Source: an uncultured Candidatus Poseidoniales archaeon (GTDB lineage: Archaea > Thermoplasmatota > Poseidoniia > Poseidoniales > Poseidoniaceae). From it: a DNA stretch of 64,000 nucleotides. Below are positions 1 through 8,793 of the stretch, piece by piece; the first letter of the stretch is position 1, and each line of letters begins with the position of its first letter. The stretch spans positions 1,747-65,746 of the forward strand of contig CAZNXM010000004.1 of NCBI GenBank assembly GCA_964577145.1, read 5' to 3'. The notes beneath the pieces are model-generated. The model was not told the origin of the DNA, searched no databases, and worked only from the letters and a program-made list of their open reading frames with translations. A program made the position numbers and the translations under genes.

Positions 1-245
1 TCCAGCCCGATGGACCTCGATTAGAACCTCACCAGTTGCAGGACTCGGAGTAGGAGATTCTGCGATGTCAATCGCATCCATTCCACCACGTTTTGTGTAT
101 ACTACGCTACGCATTTCTGGCCCCTCTTTTCCTCTATGAGAGATTATGATATAACAATTCAAAGGAATCTGAGTTTCGAATCAGATGAAATTTACAAAAG
201 TGAGAATAAGAATGTTGAATACATGTCATAGATGGCAAGAAGGTA

Positions 246-1718
246 ATGGAAGACATCTTGGCATTGCTATCCCAGATGAGGGATGCCAGCGGGCTCCGTG
301 AAACCGTAGGTCTTCCAGATGATGTAATTCTCGACTTTTCTAGTCGTGATTCGTCTTTGATACAAGCCATTAATGAGGCTTCAGAGAAGCAATCGCAATT
401 TTCTAGCGATGAATTAATGATGAGTGAGAGTGACCTTGTAGCGCATTTACAATCAGATTTCATCAATTTCTACGCACCCGCTACAGTCAATCCCTACGTC
501 GCTATTTCTGGTCGTGGTCCATGGGTAGTAACCAGTCATGGGGCCGTTTTGCACGATAATGGCGGCTATGGGATGTTAGGTATTGGACATGGACCAGATG
601 CGATTATCGAAGCGATGGCTGAAAACCATGTGATGGCGAATGTCATGACACCATCTTTCAGTCAAGCTCGACTTGCAAACGCATTGAAACGCGAGTTAGG
701 ACACACAAGAGGTTCTTGCCCGTTTTCAAAATTCATCTGTGTGAATTCGGGTTCTGAATCCGTTACCGTCGCTCTACGTATTTCCGATGTTAATTCGAAG
801 TTGATGACAGGCCCGGGAGGCCGTCATGAAGGAAAACCAGTCAAACTACTCGCGATTGAAAGGGCATTCCACGGCAGGACAGATCGACCAGCACAAATTA
901 GCCATTCGTGCATGGAATCTTACGACAAAAACCTCAGGACATTCGCAGTTCGTGACACGCTTATCCTTGTTCCAAGCAATGATACTGCGGCTCTTCGCAA
1001 AGCATTTGCCGATGCTGATGCTAAAGGTTACTTCATTGAGACCATGGCAATTGAACCGGTTCAGGGTGAAGGAAACCCCGGGCAATGTATCGAGCGTGAG
1101 TTCTATGATGAGGCACGTCGATTGACCAAAGAGCATGGCTCGATGCTACTAATCGATTCTATTCAAGCAGGTATTCGTGGACAAGGAACTCTATCAATAA
1201 TTGATTACGAAGGATTCCAAGATGCAGAAGCTCCAGATCTTGAAACATGGTCCAAGGCTCTTAATGCAGGACAATTCCCACTTTCGGTACTCGGTCTGAA
1301 TGAGAGAGCATCCAAACTCTATGTGGTCGGCATTTATGGAAATACCATGACTACCAATCCTCGTGCTCTTGAGACTGCAATCGCAGTTCTCGATAGAATC
1401 ACTCCTGAACTACGTCAGAACATTCGTGATAGGGGAGTTGAATTCGTTGAGAAACTCAATGCTTTGGCCGAGGAGAATCCTGGAACGATTACCAAAGTTC
1501 AGGGAACTGGCCTACTCATTTCAGCGGAACTTGACCCTGAGAGACTTGAGGTAGTTGGCTTCGATAAGGTCGAGGTCTGGTGCCGTAAGCATGGCCTTGG
1601 AGTCATTCATGGTGGAATCAACGCACTGCGCTACACACCACATTTCAATATCACCAGTGAGGAAATCGATTTGGTAATCGACATCACCCGAAGGGCGATA
1701 AAGCACTTCACAGAGTGA
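246..1718 (+). CDS. Class III (PLP-dependent) aminotransferase; acetylornithine/4-aminobutyrate aminotransferase family
   Basis: 490 aa ORF with class III aminotransferase signatures (GSESVTVALRI; FIETMAIEPVQGEGNPG; LLIDSIQAGIRGQG resembling the DEVQTG-GRTG region). The true start may be internal. Confidence 0.75.
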   Translation: MEDILALLSQMRDASGLRETVGLPDDVILDFSSRDSSLIQAINEASEKQSQFSSDELMMSESDLVAHLQSDFINFYAPATVNPYVAISGRGPWVVTSHGAVLHDNGGYGMLGIGHGPDAIIEAMAENHVMANVMTPSFSQARLANALKRELGHTRGSCPFSKFICVNSGSESVTVALRISDVNSKLMTGPGGRHEGKPVKLLAIERAFHGRTDRPAQISHSCMESYDKNLRTFAVRDTLILVPSNDTAALRKAFADADAKGYFIETMAIEPVQGEGNPGQCIEREFYDEARRLTKEHGSMLLIDSIQAGIRGQGTLSIIDYEGFQDAEAPDLETWSKALNAGQFPLSVLGLNERASKLYVVGIYGNTMTTNPRALETAIAVLDRITPELRQNIRDRGVEFVEKLNALAEENPGTITKVQGTGLLISAELDPERLEVVGFDKVEVWCRKHGLGVIHGGINALRYTPHFNITSEEIDLVIDITRRAIKHFTE

Positions 1719-3040
1719 TTGGTTCGATGCGCACCCTATTGGCAGCCCTGCTCCTTCTGCTTGTGGCTCCATTAGCGTCTGCTCAGAGTTTTAACGAGGC
1801 CCTCACCGAGTGCCCCGCTACCTTGACCGGTAGCAGTCAGCCCGAGCAGATTCACTTGCAACTGGCCGACTCTCACGATGAGATGATGGTGATGTGGGCG
1901 ACCGAAGTCAGAGGGAATGCTGAGGTCGAATGGTCATCCTCTGCTGGAGAGGCTTCAGCCAGCGGAGAATCATACTGCTACAATCACGACAAGGCGTTCC
2001 ATATGGCGCTGATGACAGGTCTTCCTGTAGGAGAGGAAATCACCTATCGAGTAGGTGATGGTAGCACTTGGTCTCCTGAACTTAGTTTCACAACTATCAA
2101 TCCCGATGCCGAGCATTTTGAGTGGATCTCAATCGCTGACCATGGGATTTCTGACGAAGGTCAGCAGGTAAGCGACGGCATCATCTCCGACCAGAATGCA
2201 CAGTTAGTCACCATCTCGGGAGATATCTCCTATGCCGATGGTGACCAGAATGTCTGGGATGACTGGTTCGACATACAACAGGCAAGTACGGTTAGAATTC
2301 CTTGGGTTACATCGGTCGGCAATCATGAGAATGAACCCGGACCCGGATTCACTCCTTACGAGCACAGATTTGACTCGGATGAGGTGAAGGAGAGCGAGGG
2401 ATTCTGGTACGCGAGGGATATGCCCGGTGTCCACATGGTCTTCATCAGCAGCGAGCATCCCTATGATGAGGGCAGCGCCCAGTACAACTGGATTAAGGCT
2501 GATCTTGAGGCTGCAAATAGTGAACAGGCCAGAGAGGAGAGGCCATTCATCATCATCTACGCGCACAAGCCGATGTATTCCTCCAACTCCTATCATGGCT
2601 CGGAGGTCGAACTGAGGGATGCGCTCGAGGCGCTCTATGTCGAGAACGGGGTCGACCTCATCGTAGCAGGACACGACCATTTCTACGAGCGTACCCACCC
2701 AGTAATCGCTGAGCAAGTGGTCGAAAACGGGCCGGTGCATCTTGTAATCGGTATGGGCGGTAGGTCGGCCTATGAGGAACTCGATGAGCCACAGCCGGAT
2801 TGGAGCGCGTTTCGCGAGAATAGTTCCTACGGCTGGACTAGGTTAGTCTATGATGGTGAGAGCAGGACCATCGACTTCACCCATCACAGAATCGATGGAA
2901 CCATCGGTGATAGTTTCACCTTATACGAAGGTGGAGAGATGGTAATGCCAGAGGGCAATGATTCGCTCGGAATAGCAGGGATTAACGCGGTCTTGACACT
3001 CACAGCCCTGCTCGGGGCAGCCCTACTCACTGACCAGTAA
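1715..3040 (+). CDS. Secreted calcineurin-like metallophosphoesterase (purple acid phosphatase-like) with C-terminal membrane anchor
   Basis: N-terminal signal peptide MRTLLAALLLLLVAPLASAQS. Metallophosphoesterase motifs GNHE and GHDH. C-terminal hydrophobic anchor GIAGINAVLTLTALLGAALL. Confidence 0.7.
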   Translation: MIGSMRTLLAALLLLLVAPLASAQSFNEALTECPATLTGSSQPEQIHLQLADSHDEMMVMWATEVRGNAEVEWSSSAGEASASGESYCYNHDKAFHMALMTGLPVGEEITYRVGDGSTWSPELSFTTINPDAEHFEWISIADHGISDEGQQVSDGIISDQNAQLVTISGDISYADGDQNVWDDWFDIQQASTVRIPWVTSVGNHENEPGPGFTPYEHRFDSDEVKESEGFWYARDMPGVHMVFISSEHPYDEGSAQYNWIKADLEAANSEQAREERPFIIIYAHKPMYSSNSYHGSEVELRDALEALYVENGVDLIVAGHDHFYERTHPVIAEQVVENGPVHLVIGMGGRSAYEELDEPQPDWSAFRENSSYGWTRLVYDGESRTIDFTHHRIDGTIGDSFTLYEGGEMVMPEGNDSLGIAGINAVLTLTALLGAALLTDQ

Positions 3041-4514
3041 TCAGATGATGCAAGGTTCTGACGTGAATTCCAGTTGCACCGTGCTTGACCAATTTGTTGG
3101 TCTTTGCACCCCATGCAGTTCCTGCAATATCGAGGTGAGCCCATGGAATCTGCTCTCCATCTCTCTCTGGAACGAATTGTTTGAGGAATGCTGCTGCGGT
3201 ATTTGAGCCGCCCCAACGTCCTGCACCGAGATTGCGAGTATCGGCGATCTTCGAATCGGTAATCTCCTTCTCGAATGCCTTGAACAAAGGCATTGGCCAA
3301 GCGATTTCTCCACAGTGTTCTCCAGCCGCTTTGATGTTGGCAAGGAGTTCATCATCATTCGACCACAGTCCTGTGGCCTCATGTCCAAGAGCGACGACAA
3401 TCGAACCGGTTAGAGTTGCGAGGTCGATGATGTAAGATGGGTTGAGGTGGGTTCCAGCATACCAGAGTCCGTCGGATAGAACCAGTCTTCCTTCAGCATC
3501 GGTGTTGAGAACTTCGACGGTCTTTCCAGAGTAGGTCTTGATGACATCTCCAGGGCGTTGAGCATTAGCAGATGGCATATTCTCAGCCATGCATGTTACC
3601 GCTACAACTCTCTCATCCCAGCCACTTTCTGCAAGGGCTGCAATTACTCCGAATGTTGTTGCAGAGCCATGCATGTCATACTTCATTTCGTCCATCGATG
3701 CTGACGGCTTTATCGAAATTCCACCGGTGTCGAAAGTGATTCCTTTTCCTACAATACACGGGGAAGGCCCGGGCTTGCCGCCATTGAGTTCGAAGATGAC
3801 CATGCAGGGTTTTCGCTCGCTACCCATGCCTACTCCAACCAATCCACCCATGCCCATGTCAATCGCTTGGTCGTATGAAATGACAGTGACTTCCAAGTTG
3901 TCATGCTTGTCAGCAAATTCAACAGCTTGCTTAGCAAATGCTTGAGGGTATAGGTCGTTAGGTGGGGCATTACCGAGGTCTCTTGCGAGGTGTACACCAG
4001 TCGCTACTGCGCTGGATAAACTTGCAGCAGTCTCAAGGTCAGCGACCTTGTCAGATTCACATGTAACATGGATTACTAGTTCACTTTCTTCCTCTTCATC
4101 CTCGTCCTTGGATTTGTAGTGGTCGTAGGAGTAATCACGTAGGCTCATTCCTTCAACGAATGATGCCATGTGAGAGCCTTCAAGACCATGGAATCGAATT
4201 GTGAGAGTTGTTCCGTGGATCTTTCCACGTGCTGCGATAACCTTTGCTCCAGCCTCACGCATCGATTGTTCAGTTGCCTCTTCTGGCTTGCCCAATCCAA
4301 TCAGGAGAGCTTTGCCTTCATCAAGTCCAGCAAGGGTCATAGAAGAGCCAGCCTTAGCCTTGAAATCTCCATTGGATAATACATTGTCAATTTGGTTTTT
4401 CAGATTGCGGTGCACTCCAGCCCCGCTACCTTCTGCCATTGCTTCACATCCTTGCCAAAGTGGAAGGACAAGGGTTCCGTTGATGTTATCGTTGGCGTCT
4501 ACGTTCAACTGCAT
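3027..4514 (-). CDS. pepA: Leucyl aminopeptidase, peptidase M17 family
   Basis: M17 catalytic signature NTDAEGRLVLSD and overall cytosol aminopeptidase layout. Start chosen at the internal Met MQLNV; the ORF extends to 4568. Confidence 0.85.
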   Translation of the reverse strand: MQLNVDANDNINGTLVLPLWQGCEAMAEGSGAGVHRNLKNQIDNVLSNGDFKAKAGSSMTLAGLDEGKALLIGLGKPEEATEQSMREAGAKVIAARGKIHGTTLTIRFHGLEGSHMASFVEGMSLRDYSYDHYKSKDEDEEEESELVIHVTCESDKVADLETAASLSSAVATGVHLARDLGNAPPNDLYPQAFAKQAVEFADKHDNLEVTVISYDQAIDMGMGGLVGVGMGSERKPCMVIFELNGGKPGPSPCIVGKGITFDTGGISIKPSASMDEMKYDMHGSATTFGVIAALAESGWDERVVAVTCMAENMPSANAQRPGDVIKTYSGKTVEVLNTDAEGRLVLSDGLWYAGTHLNPSYIIDLATLTGSIVVALGHEATGLWSNDDELLANIKAAGEHCGEIAWPMPLFKAFEKEITDSKIADTRNLGAGRWGGSNTAAAFLKQFVPERDGEQIPWAHLDIAGTAWGAKTNKLVKHGATGIHVRTLHHLITGQ

Positions 4515-4571
4515 GTGCGCACCTGAAGTCGGGGGAGGTGTCTGCCCTATTGAAGGTGAGGGCGGCAATAA

Positions 4572-5936
4572 TCAACCAATCAATTCTGCCTCAAGTATGG
4601 GTTCATCCATTGAGAATGGTTCTTCTTCTCTAGACCACCACCATGCTGCAAGTACAGCGAGAATGGTAATTCCCGACATTTGTAACACATAGAATGCATC
4701 ACCGAATAATCCCGATTGAGTCACAATAGTCGTATCTTCAGACGGCACGGATTCATTTACCCACATTGCTGCATCGATAATCCTCTTTTGATACGAAAGT
4801 CTCCATTCTCCACCTGAATCACTCCAACCTGATGATGTTACAGAAGTATGATTGGTAGCGTTAACGGTGAAGTTGTCTGATTGCCATAATATCGTCTCAC
4901 CCTTCATGTATTGTAGGGTTGCATTACGTGTTGTTGCCCTACCATGATTTGTAATGTCGAATGACACTTTGTCATCATCGATTCGAATTTCATCTACTAC
5001 CAAGCGTGCCCGCCAAAACCAGACATTGTCGATTAAGTAACGCATTACTTCCAGTTCTTCACCTAAGCGACTCGAGAGTGATTCGATTGAACCAAGAAGG
5101 AATTGTTCATCGTCGGTTTCGAAAGTGAATGTAGGGAATCCCATGACTCCGTATCCATAATCTCGGCTAGTACCACTATTGGGATAGAGGCCTTGATTGG
5201 CATTGCGAACAGGGATGTCCGAAATATTGGCGTGAATATCATCTCGGATTCCATGGAATAATTCCCAATCGATTGGTTGGTCTGGGATGTAACCCCATGG
5301 ATGTAGCATTATCCAGACACCTGTGTGCATGGTGACATAGAGGTCAGCATTAGGTACAACATTGTTCATGTAGGCTGCATTATTTGCAGTTTCAGCTTCA
5401 CTAAACGGACCAGAGCCGGGTTGGGTTTCATCCTGCTCGTTCCAGTGATGGTCGTAGTTTCGATTCAAATCGACTTGATTGATATTCCACCGGGTATCCA
5501 AGTCATTGCCATCTGCATTGAGCATGACCATAATGTGCAATTCAGTATTTTGCAGCACCCTGATTGCTTCTTCGTTTCCAGCAGCCCATCCCTCGATGTA
5601 ATACTGTGCCGTTAGGAAAGCCAATTCGGTTCCTAGGTGTTCATTACCATGATGTCCACCATCGATGTAAACTACATCTTTCTCGCTGCCATCAGCTTTG
5701 GTTTCATTACTCCAATCACTGATTTGTACAATCCATTGGTCCCTTCCCAATTCGGTTTCTCCCGCACTGGTCTTTTTGACGATATCAGGGTGGTCTGCAG
5801 CCCAAGCGTCGAGATCTACAGTGAGAGTAGCCCATGAGTGATACCAGTGTTCTTGGATGATTCCAGGTTGTTGCGCCGAGGTTGTTGGAGCCGATGCCAG
5901 CAGTAGGATACTAAGCATCAGTATTGCCCGGCGCAT
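4572..5936 (-). CDS. Secreted zinc carboxypeptidase (peptidase M14-like) with C-terminal membrane anchor
   Basis: Signal peptide MRRAILMLSILLLASAPTTSAQQ. HGNEHLGTE zinc-binding motif (HxxE) typical of M14 carboxypeptidases. C-terminal TM ITILAVLAAWWW. Confidence 0.65.
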   Translation of the reverse strand: MRRAILMLSILLLASAPTTSAQQPGIIQEHWYHSWATLTVDLDAWAADHPDIVKKTSAGETELGRDQWIVQISDWSNETKADGSEKDVVYIDGGHHGNEHLGTELAFLTAQYYIEGWAAGNEEAIRVLQNTELHIMVMLNADGNDLDTRWNINQVDLNRNYDHHWNEQDETQPGSGPFSEAETANNAAYMNNVVPNADLYVTMHTGVWIMLHPWGYIPDQPIDWELFHGIRDDIHANISDIPVRNANQGLYPNSGTSRDYGYGVMGFPTFTFETDDEQFLLGSIESLSSRLGEELEVMRYLIDNVWFWRARLVVDEIRIDDDKVSFDITNHGRATTRNATLQYMKGETILWQSDNFTVNATNHTSVTSSGWSDSGGEWRLSYQKRIIDAAMWVNESVPSEDTTIVTQSGLFGDAFYVLQMSGITILAVLAAWWWSREEEPFSMDEPILEAELIG

Positions 5937-5980
5937 GTTCTGCCATCCATAGGATGGCAATCAATTTGACTGTTTCAATT

Positions 5981-7297
5981 TCAGTCAAGAATGTATGAAA
6001 ATAAGATTGGAGCGACGATTGTAGCATCGCTTTCGATAATGTGCATTGGAGTATCCGGTGCGAGTTTGCCCCAACTGATTTTTTCGCTTGGAGGTGCACC
6101 AGAATAGCCGCCGTACGAAGTTGTCGATTCACTAATTTGTGCGAACCAACCCCACAGTGGTACATCTTCGCCGAGGTCTTGGCGCAGCATTGGCACTACA
6201 CAGATGGGGAAGTCTCCTGCAATGCCTCCACCGATCTGAAGGAAACCGATTGGGTGTTCTGCATTACGATACCATTCAGCCAAGTGCATCATGTAGTCGA
6301 TGCCGGTTTTGACAGCACTTCTCTCGACATCACCAGCAATGCAGTGTGCGGCAAAAATATTGCCAAGTGTGGAATCTTCCCATCCTGGAACATAAACGGG
6401 GATTGCAGCATCTCTCGCTGCGATAATCCAAGAATCAGCACGCGGTATATCAGCATCGAGATCATCGAGAATAGCCATCAGATGTTCATGTGGAAATGCG
6501 CTTTCATTTTTCCATTGTTCGAGAATTTTCCCTTCGATATGGCGGATGGCTTCATCCTCAGGAATGCAAGTATCAGTCACGCGATTGAAACCACTTTTCA
6601 GCAACTCAGCATCGTCTTCTTGTGATAAATTTCGCCAATCGGGTATTCTGTGAAAAGATGAGTTTGCAACTAGGTTGAAAACTTCCTCTTCGAGGTTTGC
6701 GCCGGTACAAGAGATGGCGTGAACTTTACCCGCCCTTATCATTGGTGCGAGTGATCGTCCAAGTTCGGCAGTACTCATTGCTCCAGATAGAGTAACCATT
6801 AGCCTTCCTCCATCATTGAGGAATGTATCCAAAGAGTGTGCACAATCACGCAGTGCTCCCGCATTGAAATGATTGAAATGACGGTCTACGAATCCACGTA
6901 CACCTCCATTTGTCGGTTGAGTAAGGAATCTTTCGACTCGCTTTCTACGATTGATTCTGATTTCGGGGAATGTTGCGGCCAATACCTTTTCCAATACTTC
7001 GATGATACGTGCAGGGTCGGTATCGCCACAGGTGAATGCATCGATTGCAAGCCAACCACGGTCGGAGTAAGTATGAGCGCTAACATGAGATTCGTCGAGC
7101 AATACAACTGCTGCAAATCCAAGTGGGGAAACACTGCCATCGAAATCTTCGACATGAGAATGTACCCTTCTTGCACCAGATGAATCTACTGCTTTTTCCA
7201 GAAGATTGAGCATCCATTCCCCCTCAATTCCGACCACTCCGGTACAATCGAGCATGATATGTGCGCCATGTGACAAATAATCAACTCCTGTTAGCAA
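5981..7297 (-). CDS. dys: Fusion protein: pyruvoyl-dependent SpeH-type decarboxylase (S-adenosylmethionine or arginine decarboxylase) + deoxyhypusine synthase
   Basis: N-terminal ~125 aa matches archaeal SpeH (VVLLDESHVSAHTYSDRGWLAIDAFTCG, with a conserved E-S self-cleavage site). The remainder matches deoxyhypusine synthase (LSGAMSTAELG...MIRAGKVHAISCTGANLEEEVF; GGGIAGDFPI; EKISWGKL). It is one continuous 438 aa ORF. Confidence 0.8.
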   Translation of the reverse strand: MLTGVDYLSHGAHIMLDCTGVVGIEGEWMLNLLEKAVDSSGARRVHSHVEDFDGSVSPLGFAAVVLLDESHVSAHTYSDRGWLAIDAFTCGDTDPARIIEVLEKVLAATFPEIRINRRKRVERFLTQPTNGGVRGFVDRHFNHFNAGALRDCAHSLDTFLNDGGRLMVTLSGAMSTAELGRSLAPMIRAGKVHAISCTGANLEEEVFNLVANSSFHRIPDWRNLSQEDDAELLKSGFNRVTDTCIPEDEAIRHIEGKILEQWKNESAFPHEHLMAILDDLDADIPRADSWIIAARDAAIPVYVPGWEDSTLGNIFAAHCIAGDVERSAVKTGIDYMMHLAEWYRNAEHPIGFLQIGGGIAGDFPICVVPMLRQDLGEDVPLWGWFAQISESTTSYGGYSGAPPSEKISWGKLAPDTPMHIIESDATIVAPILFSYILD

Positions 7298-8171
7298 TAT
7301 GTGCAGCTATGATTTTCGTGGCAAGCATCGCTGCAGTGAATTCGGTCAGAGGAGTATCCTCTTGTGGCACGATTTCGTTTACGTCGGCGCTGATGACTTC
7401 ACAGTTCTCGAAAACGGTCTCGATTGTTTGTACGGCATGCCAGAATGAGAGCCCTCCGGGAACAGGTGTTCCGGTGGCAGGAACAAGTGAACCATCCAAG
7501 CCATCAATGTCGATTGTGAGGTGGACGGGCCCTTCAATGCCAGATATTGATTCTAACCATTCAGCCCATGCTTTAGCACCGGTACAAGGGCTCATCACAT
7601 CACGTGCGAGAAATGTGTGAATCCTTTCATCAGATTCGAAGAGGTTTGCCTCTTGTCTACAATATGCTCTGATGCCAACCTGATGGACCCCTATTGCTCC
7701 TTCGTCGAGAGAACGGGCTATTGCACAAGCATGTGAATATGGCTCGCCATCGAGTTCGTCTCTTAGGTCAGCGTGAGCATCGATCTGTACTAGTGTGACC
7801 TTCTTATCACACCCTCTTAGGATGCCAGGAAGAATTCCATGTTCACCACCAAGGAATATTGGAAATGCTCCGGAATCATATTGCTCACGAGCGTATAATC
7901 CAATTCCATCGAGTTGTTCTTGGAGAGTGTTTCCCTCTCCATTCCATGGCTCAATAGTCTGAATTGACGCACCTGCTGGTAGTTCTTCATCGAGTAGGTC
8001 ATCAAAGAGTTCTACCTGTCCTGAAGCAATAATGCAGGCCGCAGGTCCGTTTGCAGTTCCTTGGCCAAAAGAAGTGGTTAATTCATATGGGACGGAAGCG
8101 ATGATGACATCAGCCGGTCCTACGGGTTCTGGTAACCCGAGGAAATTACCCTCCACAAAGTCGTCCTCCAC
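7281..8171 (-). CDS. speB: Agmatinase / arginase-family ureohydrolase
   Basis: Ureohydrolase Mn-binding motifs GGEHG, QIDAHADLRDE, SADVNE and DIDGLDGSLVP. It overlaps the downstream SpeH-DHS gene by 17 nt (same strand), which suggests an operon. Confidence 0.8.
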   Translation of the reverse strand: MEDDFVEGNFLGLPEPVGPADVIIASVPYELTTSFGQGTANGPAACIIASGQVELFDDLLDEELPAGASIQTIEPWNGEGNTLQEQLDGIGLYAREQYDSGAFPIFLGGEHGILPGILRGCDKKVTLVQIDAHADLRDELDGEPYSHACAIARSLDEGAIGVHQVGIRAYCRQEANLFESDERIHTFLARDVMSPCTGAKAWAEWLESISGIEGPVHLTIDIDGLDGSLVPATGTPVPGGLSFWHAVQTIETVFENCEVISADVNEIVPQEDTPLTEFTAAMLATKIIAAHIANRS

Positions 8172-8311
8172 GTAATGTTCCGGGGTGATTTTGCCTTTTA
8201 ACCATCCGAAAGGGCGTTTTTCGACGAAGTGTCTATTAGGGACTTCGACCTATACATATTATTGCGTGACGGAGCCGAAGGTGTCCCGCCAAGGCCCCCC
8301 GACCGCACAAG

Positions 8312-8740
8312 GTGATAATGATGGGAATGACAATGGCAGAACTAACTCAGGCGATTCAACAACATATCGACATGGAGATGGATTCAGAAGTAGCCTGTGG
8401 AATGGCAGAGCACGCTCTTGGCTTCTTTGGCTTCTACGACCGAATTATCGATAACGCTCTTGAGCCCACTGATAGGAACTTGTTTTACATGTTTCAAGAC
8501 TATGACCTTCTTACTACAGAATCAGAGGAGACCACCCTTTGGGATGGTCGAGAATGGAGGATTCACTATTGGCGCTTCAAGCCAGAACTGCGCGAGCGTG
8601 TAGAAGCATACATGTCTCGCAAGGTAAAGGAAGTCGAAATCGACCCATTTGGCGACATTTACACCGGTGGTGGCACGATTTGGACCCGAGAGGGCGACAA
8701 GCCTGTCAATCCCAATGCTTTCACCTCTGACCACTGGTGA
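8312..8740 (+). CDS. Hypothetical small cytoplasmic protein
   Basis: 142 aa ORF with no recognisable motif. Its stop overlaps the start region of the large surface-protein ORF. Confidence 0.4.
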   Translation: MIMMGMTMAELTQAIQQHIDMEMDSEVACGMAEHALGFFGFYDRIIDNALEPTDRNLFYMFQDYDLLTTESEETTLWDGREWRIHYWRFKPELRERVEAYMSRKVKEVEIDPFGDIYTGGGTIWTREGDKPVNPNAFTSDHW

Positions 8741-8793
8741 AACTGTACTTGGACCCACAAGTATTGAAATGGAGCAGCGCGAGCAATATCCAT

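Noticed and set aside
826-3435. Numerous 60-180 aa ORFs nested in or antisense to the aminotransferase, phosphatase and aminopeptidase genes (for example 826..1125, 2204..2740, 2884..3400)
   Set aside because: They lie wholly inside longer ORFs with clear homology on the other frame or strand, and have biased, repetitive translations. They are considered spurious.
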